The notes under the pieces were generated by a model that was not told the DNA's origin, did not search any database, and was given only the letters and a program-made list of their open reading frames with translations. Of a DNA stretch of 64,000 nt, positions 28,026-37,600 are shown one piece after another. The stretch is taken from contig NZ_JAUCBZ010000011.1 of NCBI RefSeq assembly GCF_034676545.1, positions 47,433-111,432 of the forward strand, read 5' to 3'. Each line of letters starts with the position of its first letter. Within the stretch, counting starts at the first letter, position 1. Position numbers and translations under genes: made by a program. Origin of the DNA: Pararhodobacter sp. (GTDB lineage Bacteria > Pseudomonadota > Alphaproteobacteria > Rhodobacterales > Rhodobacteraceae).

Positions 28026-28065
28026 CATCAATCATATCGGTAGACGTTGACGTTGCCCCCAACTT

Positions 28066-28368
28066 TTATCCAGTGTGAACGAGACTCCGGGTTTGAGTTT
28101 TGCCTGTTTGGGCGGGTTGGGCAACGGGGGCTGGCGCGGAGTTTTGCGGGTTGCGCAGCGTGAGTCCCCGTTGCCGGGCGAAGGTTTGTGCAAACTCGGC
28201 TTGGGTCGGCCAGCCAAGGCGGGAGTGGGGGCGTTCGGTGTTATAGTCTTTGCGCGAGGCTGCCAGCGTGGCGCGGGCATGGTGCAGAGACGGGAACAGG
28301 GTCTCTTTCAACAGCTCATCGCGCAAATGACGGTTTTTGTCCTGAACCGAACGCGGCCTTAGTATCAA
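28066..28368 (-). pseudogene. C-terminal fragment of an IS3-family transposase (rve integrase core end)
   Basis: FPSLHHARATLAASRKDYNTERPHSRLGWPTQAEFAQ matches the conserved IS3 OrfB C-terminus. No N-terminal part adjoins it. Confidence 0.6.
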
Positions 28369-28487
28369 GATCTGGAACGTCCGAGATGCGTTCCTTCATC
28401 CTCCAAGAGTTCTGCGAGGCGCACGAATGGCAGCAATGGGGAAGCTGCGCCAAAGAGCGGAGACTGTACGTGAACGTCTGCTAAGGG

Positions 28488-28514
28488 CCGACCGGCGCAT
28501 GGCACGCCGGTCGG
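28488..28514. terminator. perfect 10-bp stem hairpin just downstream of the recombinase stop
   Basis: CCGACCGGCG-catggca-CGCCGGTCGG. There is no clear U-tract, so its function as an intrinsic terminator is uncertain. Confidence 0.35.
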
Positions 28515-28522
28515 CGGAGTTG

Positions 28523-28780
28523 TTACAGATCGATCCCTTCTGACAACGACAGCGCATCGTCCAGGTCAACCCCAAGATACCGAACGGTGCTGTCCATCTT
28601 GGTATGCCCGAGCAAAAGTTGAACAGCGCGAAGGTTGCCTGTCTTCTTGTAAATCTGGGCAACCTTGGTCCGTCGCATCGAATGGGTGCCATAGGCGCTC
28701 GGTTCCAGCCCAATCGACAGAACCCAGTCGCGCATGATCCGCGCATATTGTCGTGTCGACAGGTGCGGGCTCGCATGAAC
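28523..28780 (-). pseudogene. 3' part of a short tyrosine recombinase gene interrupted by IS66 copy 2
   Basis: YGTHSMRRTKVAQIYKKTGNLRAVQLLLGHTKMDSTVRYLGV (catalytic H..R...H/Y region). It joins in frame to 31143..31588 once the IS and one target duplication are removed. Confidence 0.8.
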
Positions 28781-28860
28781 GTAACCGTCCGGTCTGACCG
28801 CTCTGCCGCGGCGCGATGGTGCCGGTTAGTGTCCACCAAGGATAGTGGACACTATGGTGC

Positions 28861-29220
28861 TTGATGGCGCGGCGAACGAGGCGGCTTTGGACGGATGAGG
28901 AGAAGCGTTCGATCTGCTTGCAGACGACGGCGCCCGGCGTCTCCGTGGCTCAGGTGGCGCTTCGCTACACGGTGAATGCGAACCTGATCTTCAAGTGGCT
29001 GCGCGATCCCAAGTATCGGCCCGCACCCCGGTCTGGGGCAGAGGATCCCGGTTTGCGCTTTCTGCCGGTGGAGATCGTCGCAGAGGCGAAGGGGCCGATT
29101 GCGATGCCCGCCGCATTGAACCACATCGAGATCGAGGTGGCGGGCGGTCACCGGATGCGGATCAGCGGCAGCTATGATCCTGAGGCGCTGGCGCGGCTTA
29201 TCCGGGGCCTGACAGCGTGA
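28861..29220 (+). CDS. tnpA: IS66-family TnpA (orf1)
   Basis: [43 protein letters not shown]. Overlaps tnpB by 4 nt. Confidence 0.8.
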   Translation: MMARRTRRLWTDEEKRSICLQTTAPGVSVAQVALRYTVNANLIFKWLRDPKYRPAPRSGAEDPGLRFLPVEIVAEAKGPIAMPAALNHIEIEVAGGHRMRISGSYDPEALARLIRGLTA

Positions 29221-29564
29221 TCCCGGTCCCGGCCAACACGCGGGTCTGGCTGGCGGCCGGAGTGACCGACATGCGCAAGGGCTTTGCGGCACTGGCCGCG
29301 CAGGCCGAGGCGGTGCTGAAGCAGGATCCGTTTGCCGGGCATCTCTTCGTCTTCCGTGGCCGTCGGGGCGATCTGGTGAAGGTCATCTGGTGGGATGGCC
29401 AAGGGGCCTGCATGTTCATGAAGCGGCTGGAGAAGGGCCGCTTCGTCTGGCCCTCGGCCAAGGAGGGCAAGGTGGCTTTGTCGCCTGCGCAACTGTCGAT
29501 GCTCTTGGAAGGCATCGATTGGCGGGCCCCGGAACGGACGTGGCGGCCTCTGGCTGCGGGATAA
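29217..29564 (+). CDS. tnpB: IS66-family TnpB (orf2)
   Basis: [22 protein letters not shown]...[36 protein letters not shown]. Confidence 0.85.
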   Translation: MIPVPANTRVWLAAGVTDMRKGFAALAAQAEAVLKQDPFAGHLFVFRGRRGDLVKVIWWDGQGACMFMKRLEKGRFVWPSAKEGKVALSPAQLSMLLEGIDWRAPERTWRPLAAG

Positions 29565-29622
29565 TCGCCTGCCCCGCGCGAGAAGGATTCCCACAAGGAA
29601 TACAGTGGGATAAACTCCTTAC

Positions 29623-31122
29623 ATGCTCGATCAGACCCTGAATTTGCCGGAAGACCCCGAGGAGCTGCGCAGCTTCACAACGCGGCTCTTGGCCGAGGTC
29701 AAGGCGCAAGCGATCCTGATCGAGAAGCTGCGCCATCAGCTCGCGGGACACCGGGCGCATCGGTTCGGGGCCTCCTCCGAGACAGCGGAGCAGCTTCAGT
29801 TGGCGCTGGAGACGAGTGAGATTGCCGCCGCTGCGATGACCGCACGAATGAAGCTGCCAGACGTCGAAGAGAAGGACAAACCGAAGCGCCGTCCGATCCC
29901 CGACCGCATCCCGCGGATGGAGGTGGAACTCAGCCCAGGCGCAGATGCCTGTGCCGATTGCGGCGGGCGCCTGCGCCGGATCGGCGAAGACGTGACGGAA
30001 GAGCTGGAATACGTTCCGGGCCGCTTCATTGTGAACCGCATTGTCCGCCCTCGACTAACCTGTGCCTGCTGCGAGAAGTTTGTTCAGTCTCCGCTGCCAT
30101 CGCGGCCCATCGAGCGCGGTCGTCCCGGGCCGGGTCTGCTGGCCCATGTGCTGGTCAGCAAGTATGCGGACCACCTGCCGCTTTACCGCCAGAGCCAGAT
30201 CTTCGACCGCGAAGGGCTGGACCTCGACCGGTCCACCCTGGCCGATTGGGTTGGCAAGACCACCGCCCTGCTTGAACCCGTCGCAGACGCCATCGGCCGC
30301 CATGTCCTGTCGGCCGAGGCGATCTTTGCCGATGACACGCCCATCAGCATGCTCGCGCCCGGCACCGGCAAGACCCAGACCGCCCGGCTGTGGACCTATG
30401 CTCGTGACGAACGCCCCTGGGGTGGAACGGCACCGCCCGCGGCCTGGTATCGCTTCTCCGGCGACCGCAAAGGCCAGCACCCCAAAGACCACCTCGCCCG
30501 ATACCGCGGCTGGATGCATGCCGATGGCTATGCTGGCTTCGAGGACCTCTACCGTTCCGGGGCCATCCGCGAGGTCGCCTGCATGGCCCATGTCCGGCGC
30601 AAGTTCGTCGACATCCACCGGTCGCAGGGCTCCCCCATCGCCGAAGACGCCATCGGCCGGATAGCCCAACTCTACGCCGTGGAAAAGGAAGCCAGAGGTT
30701 CGCCACCGGATGTCCGCGTCGAACTTCGAAAGGCACATGCGGCCCCGGTGTTCGACGATCTCGAGGGCTGGCTGGCCCTGCAACTCACCACGATCTCGGG
30801 AAAATCCCCGCTCGCCGCCGCCATCCGCTATGCCCTGACCCGCATGGAACGCATGCGTCCCTACCTCGACCACGGCATCCTTGAGCTCGACAACAACGCA
30901 GCCGAACGCGGCATGCGCACCATCGCCCTCGGCCGCAAGAATTACCTCTTCGTCGGATCGGAAGCGGGCGGCAAGGCCGCTGCCATCGCCTACACGCTGA
31001 TCGAAACGGCCAAACTCAACGCCATCGATCCCCACGCCTGGCTCGCCGACACCCTCGCCCGCATCCCGGAATACAAGATCACGAAGGTCGATGACCTGCT
31101 GCCTTGGCGCTGGAACGGATAG
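29623..31122 (+). CDS. tnpC: IS66-family transposase TnpC (orf3)
   Basis: 499 aa. CADCGG...CACCEK, FADDTPISML, HADGYAGFEDLY, LELDNNAAERGMR. Confidence 0.9.
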   Translation: MLDQTLNLPEDPEELRSFTTRLLAEVKAQAILIEKLRHQLAGHRAHRFGASSETAEQLQLALETSEIAAAAMTARMKLPDVEEKDKPKRRPIPDRIPRMEVELSPGADACADCGGRLRRIGEDVTEELEYVPGRFIVNRIVRPRLTCACCEKFVQSPLPSRPIERGRPGPGLLAHVLVSKYADHLPLYRQSQIFDREGLDLDRSTLADWVGKTTALLEPVADAIGRHVLSAEAIFADDTPISMLAPGTGKTQTARLWTYARDERPWGGTAPPAAWYRFSGDRKGQHPKDHLARYRGWMHADGYAGFEDLYRSGAIREVACMAHVRRKFVDIHRSQGSPIAEDAIGRIAQLYAVEKEARGSPPDVRVELRKAHAAPVFDDLEGWLALQLTTISGKSPLAAAIRYALTRMERMRPYLDHGILELDNNAAERGMRTIALGRKNYLFVGSEAGGKAAAIAYTLIETAKLNAIDPHAWLADTLARIPEYKITKVDDLLPWRWNG

Positions 31123-31142
31123 CGGTCAGACCGGACGGTTAC

Positions 31143-31588
31143 GCATGAACTCGGCTGGGCCAAAGATATTCGCAACCGATCATTTCTGGATCACGGATCC
31201 AACGCTCCACCGACAGTCGCGTGGTTTCGGTGATCTCAAAGCGCACGGGCTTGCGCGTCTTGCTTTGCGTGACTGAAGCACGTTCCTTAACGCGGCCTGC
31301 GGCGTAAACATCGTTCACTTTCAGGCAGACCAGATCGCAACCCCGGAGCTTGCAATCGATAGCCATGTTGAACAGCGCGAGATCGCGCTTGTTGTCCGCC
31401 ATTTCCAGCCGCACACGGATCGACCAGACATGTTTGGGCAACAGCGGGCGTTTCTGGCCGACGATGCGGCCCTTGTTCCAAGGCGCGCGTGTGGGACGAA
31501 GGGCGGGAAGTGTTTCGATGGACATAGCTTCTCTCCTGTCCACCATGCCCGCCACGTCTTCGGCTTTGCCGACAAGGCAATATAACAT
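31143..31588 (-). pseudogene. 5' part of the IS66-interrupted tyrosine recombinase gene
   Basis: MSIETLPALRPTRAPWNKGRIVGQKRPLLPKHVW...RGCDLVCLKV...EYLWPSRVHA. The frame then runs into the IS end and stops. Likely start is the Met at 31525. Confidence 0.8.
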
Positions 31589-31702
31589 CGACCACCGCTT
31601 ATATACTGATAAATCGTATCGGGCGGAAAGCAGCCCTTGGCTTGTGAAGAAACGACGTCCGCTTTCCGGGTCGAGTCAGAACTGCGGTTCAGTTCCCTCT
31701 TC

Positions 31703-32008
31703 TCACCGGACCTGTATGGAATCGAGATAGGCGATCAGTGCCAGGACCTCGTCATGCTCCAGCACGAACTCCGGCATTTCGTGACTGACCATGATCCCTT
31801 CTGCCAGTGCCTCTTCCAGGCTCTCGATCGGATAGAGCCTGCCAAGGAAGCGGAACGGTATTGCCCGAGGATTGGGGCTGTGATCCTCGGCGGTGACGCC
31901 GTGGCAGCGGGCGCAGTTCTCCTGCACCAGGTCAGAGCCATCGCCTATCGGGTCGGCACTGACCGGGGCCGCAAGGACAACCAGCGCTGCGGCGAGGTAT
32001 CGCATCAT
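31703..32008 (-). CDS. small periplasmic c-type cytochrome
   Basis: Signal peptide MMRYLAAALVVLAAPVSA and heme motif CARCH. GGAGG lies 7 nt upstream of the ATG at 32008. Confidence 0.7.
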   Translation of the reverse strand: MMRYLAAALVVLAAPVSADPIGDGSDLVQENCARCHGVTAEDHSPNPRAIPFRFLGRLYPIESLEEALAEGIMVSHEMPEFVLEHDEVLALIAYLDSIQVR

Positions 32009-32189
32009 CTCTGCGCCTCCCGTGCGTTCAGAAGGAACTGGTAGCGGGTTATGTCTCGAAAACTGAGGCAACAGCACAATCGGACCCAAACCGAGATAGA
32101 CGGATGACGCATGAAGTTTGGGCGCTTCTGCGCTGTTGTCGGTGCAGATCTGCGCGCTCGTCAACCGCTTGGCCCTGCGTATTACCGCG

Positions 32190-32505
32190 TCACCCATCAT
32201 TTCCGATGCTCCTGCAACCCGAGTTCTGCCCGGATCCAGCCGAAGGCGTAGTCGCCCATCGGATCGTCACCATGCCGCCTGACGCGGGGATTTGCCCCCC
32301 AAGGCAGGGATCGCCGCGATCGCTGTGGAAGATGCAGCCCCGAAGCGGGGACCGCGGGGCGATGGACATTTTCAGTGCCCGGATCGCCAGATCGCGTTTC
32401 ATGCGGTTGCTGACGGCCCAGCATGATTACGTGCCGCGAAAGCCCACTCGTCAACGCGATCCGCACCGCATCCCTGCAAAATTCATCCGTCCTGCCTGTG
32501 TCCAT
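32190..32505 (-). pseudogene. frameshifted IS3-family transposase remnant (orfA HTH piece plus orfB catalytic piece)
   Basis: One frame reads EFCRDAVRIALTSGLSR (orfA-like). Another reads RDLAIRALKMSIAPRSPLRGCIFHSDRG (orfB DDE region). Neither is intact. Confidence 0.5.
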
Positions 32506-32599
32506 GGTTCATCTCCTTTGCTGCACATTACGTGATCAAAGCAGCGGCACCAATCCGCAACAGGTCCAGGCACATCGCAGGAAGGTGACGCGCTCCGCA

Positions 32600-33785
32600 C
32601 GTTGAGGAACGTCTGATCAACGGCTTTGGCTGCGCCAAGATGGCCGCGTGACTCGTTGTGCCACCCGAATACCTGCGTCCGTAGACTGTTTTCGTGCATT
32701 TCGAGCCGCCTGAGCGGCCCTTTCGTGGGTTTCAGGCAGGCTCGTCCTCATGCCATCAGCCTCCGTCGCACCAGGAACAGGTTGCCGAGGGCGAAGAGTG
32801 TGAACAGCTGGGCGCGGTTCTTGGCGAGGCCGCGGTAACGGGTCTTCACGTGGCCGAACTGACGCTTGATGATGCGGAAAGGATGCTCGACCTTCGCGCG
32901 CACCATGGCGATGATCCGGTTGATCCGTTCGTCGACCGGGTGCAGCGAGCCACCCTTCGGGGCCTTGCGCATGACGCCCCAGACCTTGCCCGGCCCCGCG
33001 AATGCGGCCTCCCGGTCGGCGCTGACATAGCCCTTGTCGGCCCAGACCGAGGTTTCTTCGCCGTGCAGCAGTTCGTCCCAGACCTGGCTGTCGTGCAACT
33101 TGGCGGTCGAGGTTTCCAGACTGTGGGTCACGCCGCTGTCCGCATCCACGCCGACATGTGCTTTCATGCCGAAATACCAGTCGTTGCCCTTCTTCGTGGA
33201 CGACATCTCGGGGTCGCGGGCCTTGGCCTTGTTCTTGGTCGATGACGGCGCGTCGATGATCGTCGCGTCCACCAGCGTGCCCGAGCGCAGCGTGATACCC
33301 TTGTCGGCCAGATGGGCGTTGACGTCGGCAAAGATTGCCTCGGTCAGCCCGTGCCGTTCCAGCAGGTGCCGGAAATTCAGGATCGTGGTCTCGTCGGGAA
33401 TGCGGTCGTCACCCAGTTCGATCCCGGAGAACCGACGCATCGCCTCACTGTCGTATAGGATTTCCTCGGCCATCGGGTCGCTCAGCGCATACCAGTGCTG
33501 AAGAAAGTAGACCCGCAGCATCGTTTCCAGCGGCATCGGCGGGCGCCCGCCCTTAGGTCCGACCTTGGGGTAATGCGGCGCGATGAGCGCCAGCAGCCGC
33601 CCCCACGGAACAACCGCCTCCATCTCCGTCAGGAACTGCTCGCGCCGCGTTACCTTCTTCTTCATCGCGTCTCGAAGACCGGGAAAGGCAGGCTATTTCG
33701 GCATCGGCGGGGCTCCTCGTCGCGCCCCGCAAATCCTATCAGATCACGCCAAAACGCGCAGGTTTTTCAGACGTTCCTTGAAGCT
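32600..33785 (-). mobile_element. IS5-family insertion sequence (about 1.19 kb); ends approximate
   Basis: Single DDE transposase ORF flanked by imperfect inverted repeats sharing GGAACGTCTGA (32606-32616 and the reverse complement at 33768-33778). No target duplication could be identified. Confidence 0.7.
32748..33665 (-). CDS. IS5-family DDE transposase
   Basis: 305 aa. GGRPPMPLETMLRVYFLQHWYALSDP..., LVDATIIDAPSSTKN, GMKAHVGVDADSG, ADKGY, VEHPFRIIKRQFGHVKTRYRGLAKN. Confidence 0.9.
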   Translation of the reverse strand: MKKKVTRREQFLTEMEAVVPWGRLLALIAPHYPKVGPKGGRPPMPLETMLRVYFLQHWYALSDPMAEEILYDSEAMRRFSGIELGDDRIPDETTILNFRHLLERHGLTEAIFADVNAHLADKGITLRSGTLVDATIIDAPSSTKNKAKARDPEMSSTKKGNDWYFGMKAHVGVDADSGVTHSLETSTAKLHDSQVWDELLHGEETSVWADKGYVSADREAAFAGPGKVWGVMRKAPKGGSLHPVDERINRIIAMVRAKVEHPFRIIKRQFGHVKTRYRGLAKNRAQLFTLFALGNLFLVRRRLMA

Positions 33786-33972
33786 TCCATTGGACGGCTC
33801 CGCCGTAACCACCGATCTCCGGGCCCAGTCTTCTGTCGAGGAGTCGCGGGCGGATTGATCCACGTCATTGCTAAATTCTTAGCATCTGCAAACATTCTCA
33901 AATCTCGGAGGACGGTCGGTGTGGACTTGGCAATCAAGATCGTCCCTGCCTCGGCCGATCGCGGGGTGTGAT

Positions 33973-34680
33973 ATGAGCGAGATAATCACGTTGAGTTGGC
34001 CCACGGGAAAAGGAGCTTCGGAGATCGCGTTGCGTACTGTCGTGGCGGCACTCTTCTGTCTATCAGCCAGTGTCTCAGGCACGGCTCCTCTCTGGACGGT
34101 CATGCTCGGGTTTGCGTCCGGCCTGGCGCTATACATCCTCTGGCCGAAAGCCCGGTTCCCTGCGGGGACAAGCACGATGCACCGCGGCAGCGCGGTCATC
34201 GGGCCGGACATCATCGGCGTCGGGCTGCTTGCCCTGTTCGTGGCGCTTCCGGTCTGGATCGGCCGGGCCGAAGGCGCCGAGGGGCTGCACGGTTCGGCGC
34301 TGCTGATCTGGCCACTTCTGCCTGCGCCACTGGCCCTGCTGTTCGTCGCGGCGTCAAACGCCTGTTTCGGGCTTTGGGTCGGTCCTGCCGGGCTGAGCAT
34401 CAGCAGCCTGCGGAGAACCGAACGGATAGGCTGGGACGAGATCATCGGCTGGCGGCCCTGGCGGCGCGACCGGTTGAGGGTATTTCGTGCCGTGGCACCG
34501 TTCCTGCCGCCGGGTGCTGCCGGTGCGGTGCTGCTGGCGCGGGCCAGCACGGGGGTCGAGATCGTGCTACGGACCGGCCGCAGCCGGCGCCTTCCCCGGG
34601 AAGGGTTCGAAAACGGGCTTGCCCGTGTCCAGCGCGCACTGACCGAACGCGGCCTGCCAAGGCTGGAGCCGGCACATTGA
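33973..34680 (+). CDS. multi-pass membrane protein of unknown function (first gene of the secreted-protein operon)
   Basis: Several hydrophobic segments, then a soluble C-terminal part (LSISSLRRTERIGWDEIIGWRPW...). Ends 16 nt before the next ORF. Start taken at MSEIITL. Confidence 0.5.
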   Translation: MSEIITLSWPTGKGASEIALRTVVAALFCLSASVSGTAPLWTVMLGFASGLALYILWPKARFPAGTSTMHRGSAVIGPDIIGVGLLALFVALPVWIGRAEGAEGLHGSALLIWPLLPAPLALLFVAASNACFGLWVGPAGLSISSLRRTERIGWDEIIGWRPWRRDRLRVFRAVAPFLPPGAAGAVLLARASTGVEIVLRTGRSRRLPREGFENGLARVQRALTERGLPRLEPAH

Positions 34681-34696
34681 GGAGACGCATCTGACG

Positions 34697-37600
34697 ATGA
34701 AAGGTTTTCTGGCCATGACTCTTCTGCGGGCGTTCTGCCTGGCGGTCTTCCTTCCTGCGGCGGCTTGGGCGCAGGCGCTGCACACCTTGGGCGAAGCCGA
34801 GGCGCAGGTTCCCGCCGACTGGGCCGAGGCGGGCCGGCGGGGTGATCGCGAGGTCGATTTCACCGGTCCCGGCGGGGCTTATCTGATGGTCCGCTGGTGG
34901 TTCCCGGACGAGCCGCTGACTGGCCACGATGGAGAGCTGTCGGCCGAGACGCGCAGCTTTCCTGCCGGGCCCGCGCTGGTCAGGCAATCGCGCACCGGGC
35001 CGCTGGTGCAGGTTACCATCGCGTTCGAGAGACTGAACCGGAATGGTGAACGGCTGCTGCTGACGGTGGGAGGCAGCGATGCCGATCCGCAGGCGCTGGA
35101 GGCGCTGCTGCTGCCGATCGCCGAGTCGGTGCGATTTGCCGGCGACCCGGCCTCGGCCGCGACGGTCGTGCCGCAGGCTTCGCCGGGCACCGCGGCATCG
35201 GGCGGCCGGAACCATCACGCCGAAGGTGGGTTTTCGCTGGCCATTCCGGCGGGCTGGACCATCCATCCGGTCAGTCCTGACGAGGGGCATGGTCTGGTGG
35301 CGCTGTCGCCGGCGGGTGATGCGCTGCTGCATGTCGCGGTGTTCGATCTGGCGACGGCCGACACGGTGCTGCTGTGGTGGGACCGTTTTCTGGCCGAAAC
35401 CGCAATCCCCACCGATATCCTCGGCGAAAGCCATGATCCCTTCGCCGGGATCGAGGGGGTGGCTGTCACGCTGGAGGCCGAGGTCTATCCCTTTGCCGGC
35501 ATCACCCTGCCGTTCCGACGTGGCAATGCCTGGATCTTCACCGGCAGCGCGTCGGAGGGCAACGTGATGCTGGCTTCCCTGCACGCCGCCGACGCACCGC
35601 CCGCCTTGCGGCAGGAACTGGCGGACATGGCGGCGAGCTTTGCCTTCGGTCAGCCGGCGCCGACAGCAACAGCCGAAGCGCCCCCTCCCGCGCCCGCACC
35701 TGCCGCCCCCGCGGCGGCGCTGTCGGCGGCCGAGACGCTGGCGCTGGTGGCCAGCGGCTTCGAGGGCGGATGCACCGCGCGCGACGTGGCGGGCGATGCC
35801 TTTGCCGGTGCGCTGGCCGCGATGGCCCTTGCGCCGCAGGTGGTGGCGGGCTGCGCGGCTGGCACGATCGAAGCGGCCGTCGTCTCGCTGCCGCAGGACC
35901 CGCGCCAACCGCAAGCCGCGATGCTGTGGCTCCGAGCATTGACGGCGGCGGGTGGCAGGGACGTGGCGCTGGCCGACCCCGCGCGCCGCCTTCTGGTCCT
36001 GCTGCGTGCCGATGGCGCCGCCGGGTTCCGCATCGAGGTTGCGGATCTGGCCGCTACAGCGCCCGCCGCGCATGCTGCTGCCAAATCCACGGCCGAGCCC
36101 GCAGAGCCGCCGGGCCAGCTGTTCGCGGGCGTGGAATCCCCCGACTGGGCGCTGCATCTTGCGCGGCGCGGGCAGGCGGAGTGGACCCGGTTCGAGGGCG
36201 GGGCCTTTGTCGCCGAGGTGCCGGCCGGCCCGGATTTCCGCGTTACGGGCTTGCGCACCACGGCGCCGATAGTGCGGCTGCCTTCGGCATCGGACGGCTT
36301 TGCCACGCGGCTGTCGATCGACCTCGACACCGCGCGGCTGGACAACATCGTCATCGCGCTGGTTGAACCGGGGCTGGAAGACCAGCGTGACTGGCACGAC
36401 CACGAAGTCTGGCTGGCGGTGGAACGGGACGGCGATGTCGTGCCCGAACTGGTGCTTGCGGTGCAGCAGAAGATGCAGGGCCGCATGCCGCTGCCCGACG
36501 CGACGGCGCTTGCCGGCCTGCAGATCGAGATGCGGCCCGACGGGCTGATCCTTGTCTCGAACGGTACCGGCGCGGTGCTGCTGGAGGGGCGGCTTGCCGC
36601 CCTGCCGGGCGATGGCCCCTTCCATCTGCAGATCTCGGCCACCGCGCCGTCGGGTGAGGTTACCGCACTGCTGGCCCTGCGCGGTGTGCGGATGGAGGAT
36701 GTGGCGGTCGCCGCCGATGCCGACCCGGGCGCGCTGTTGGCCGATGCGCCCCAAGAGGTGGAGCTGTTCGACGGCCGCACCCCCGGCCCGCATTTCGCGC
36801 TGCACGGCCCCAAGGGCTCGGCCCCGCTGATCAGTGTTGGCGACGGCCTGCACGTTGACGCCGCGGGAGCAGCGCTGCAGGGCCTCGGGCTGTTTTCGCC
36901 TGAACCGGTCATCTGGCTTGACCGCTTCGGCCCCGGCGCCAGCGCCCGCCTGCGGCTGGAGTTCGACCCGGCTGCGACGCAGGGGGTGCAGGTGGCGCTG
37001 GCGGCGTCGATGTCCTACGCCGATCAGGAGCCGCACCGCCCGCGCGCCCTGCTGCACTGGCGCAAGGTGGGCGATGCGCATTACCTGACCCGCACCATCG
37101 ACACGGCCGAACCGCTGCACGCGGTCGTGCCAGGCATCCCCGCCGTGGTTGATCTGGTGCTGACGCCCGAAGGGGTGCAGATCGTGGCCGAAGGCTTCCC
37201 CGACGACGTGCTGCCCTGGCCCGTGCTGCAATCGGGTGCCGGCCTGCGGCTTTATGTGCTGGCGATGGGCGACCATGACAGCCAGGCCGCGCAGATGGCC
37301 ATGCGCCGGATTACCCTCTTGCGCATGCCCGCCGCACCCGCGGTTGCCGACGACCTGCCCCCCTCTGCCCTAGAGCCGCTTCCGGTGGTGCGCCTGTTCC
37401 CAGATCCCGCCGCCCCTTGGGAAGGCCACGGCGTCGCCGGCCTGACCTTCGAAGAGGCGGGGCAGTTCACCGCAGATGGCGCGGTGGTGGTCCTAGCGCC
37501 CGAGGGGTATCAGGGCGGCCGCGCCGGGGTGCTGTCGTCGGCCCCGGTGGCGGTGCTGGACCGTCGGCTTGACCGCACGGCCTATCGCCTTGACTTCGCC

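Larger units (their letters stand above)
28781..31142 (+). mobile_element. complete IS66-family insertion sequence (copy 2, 2362 bp)
   Basis: Perfect 22-bp terminal inverted repeats GTAACCGTCCGGTCTGACCGCT / AGCGGTCAGACCGGACGGTTAC. Perfect 8-bp target duplication GCATGAAC at 28773-28780 and 31143-31150. Confidence 0.9.

Noticed and set aside
28396-28839. 147-aa minus-strand ORF spanning the recombinase 3' fragment and the IS66 end
   Set aside because: It is in a different frame from the clearly conserved recombinase C-terminus and crosses the IS boundary, so it is an artefact.
34442-37276. Very long antisense or alternative-frame ORFs: 34442..37276 minus (944 aa), 35650..36912 minus, 39676..41109 minus, 16756..18015 minus, 50307..51794 plus, 53506..54630 plus, 56356..57519 plus, 61089..62075 plus, 30055..31035 minus
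   Set aside because: All lie opposite to or overlap genes with clear motifs (transposases, VirB proteins) or signal peptides. Their translations are Arg/Gly/Pro/Ala-rich low-complexity strings, typical of stop-poor frames in high-GC DNA.
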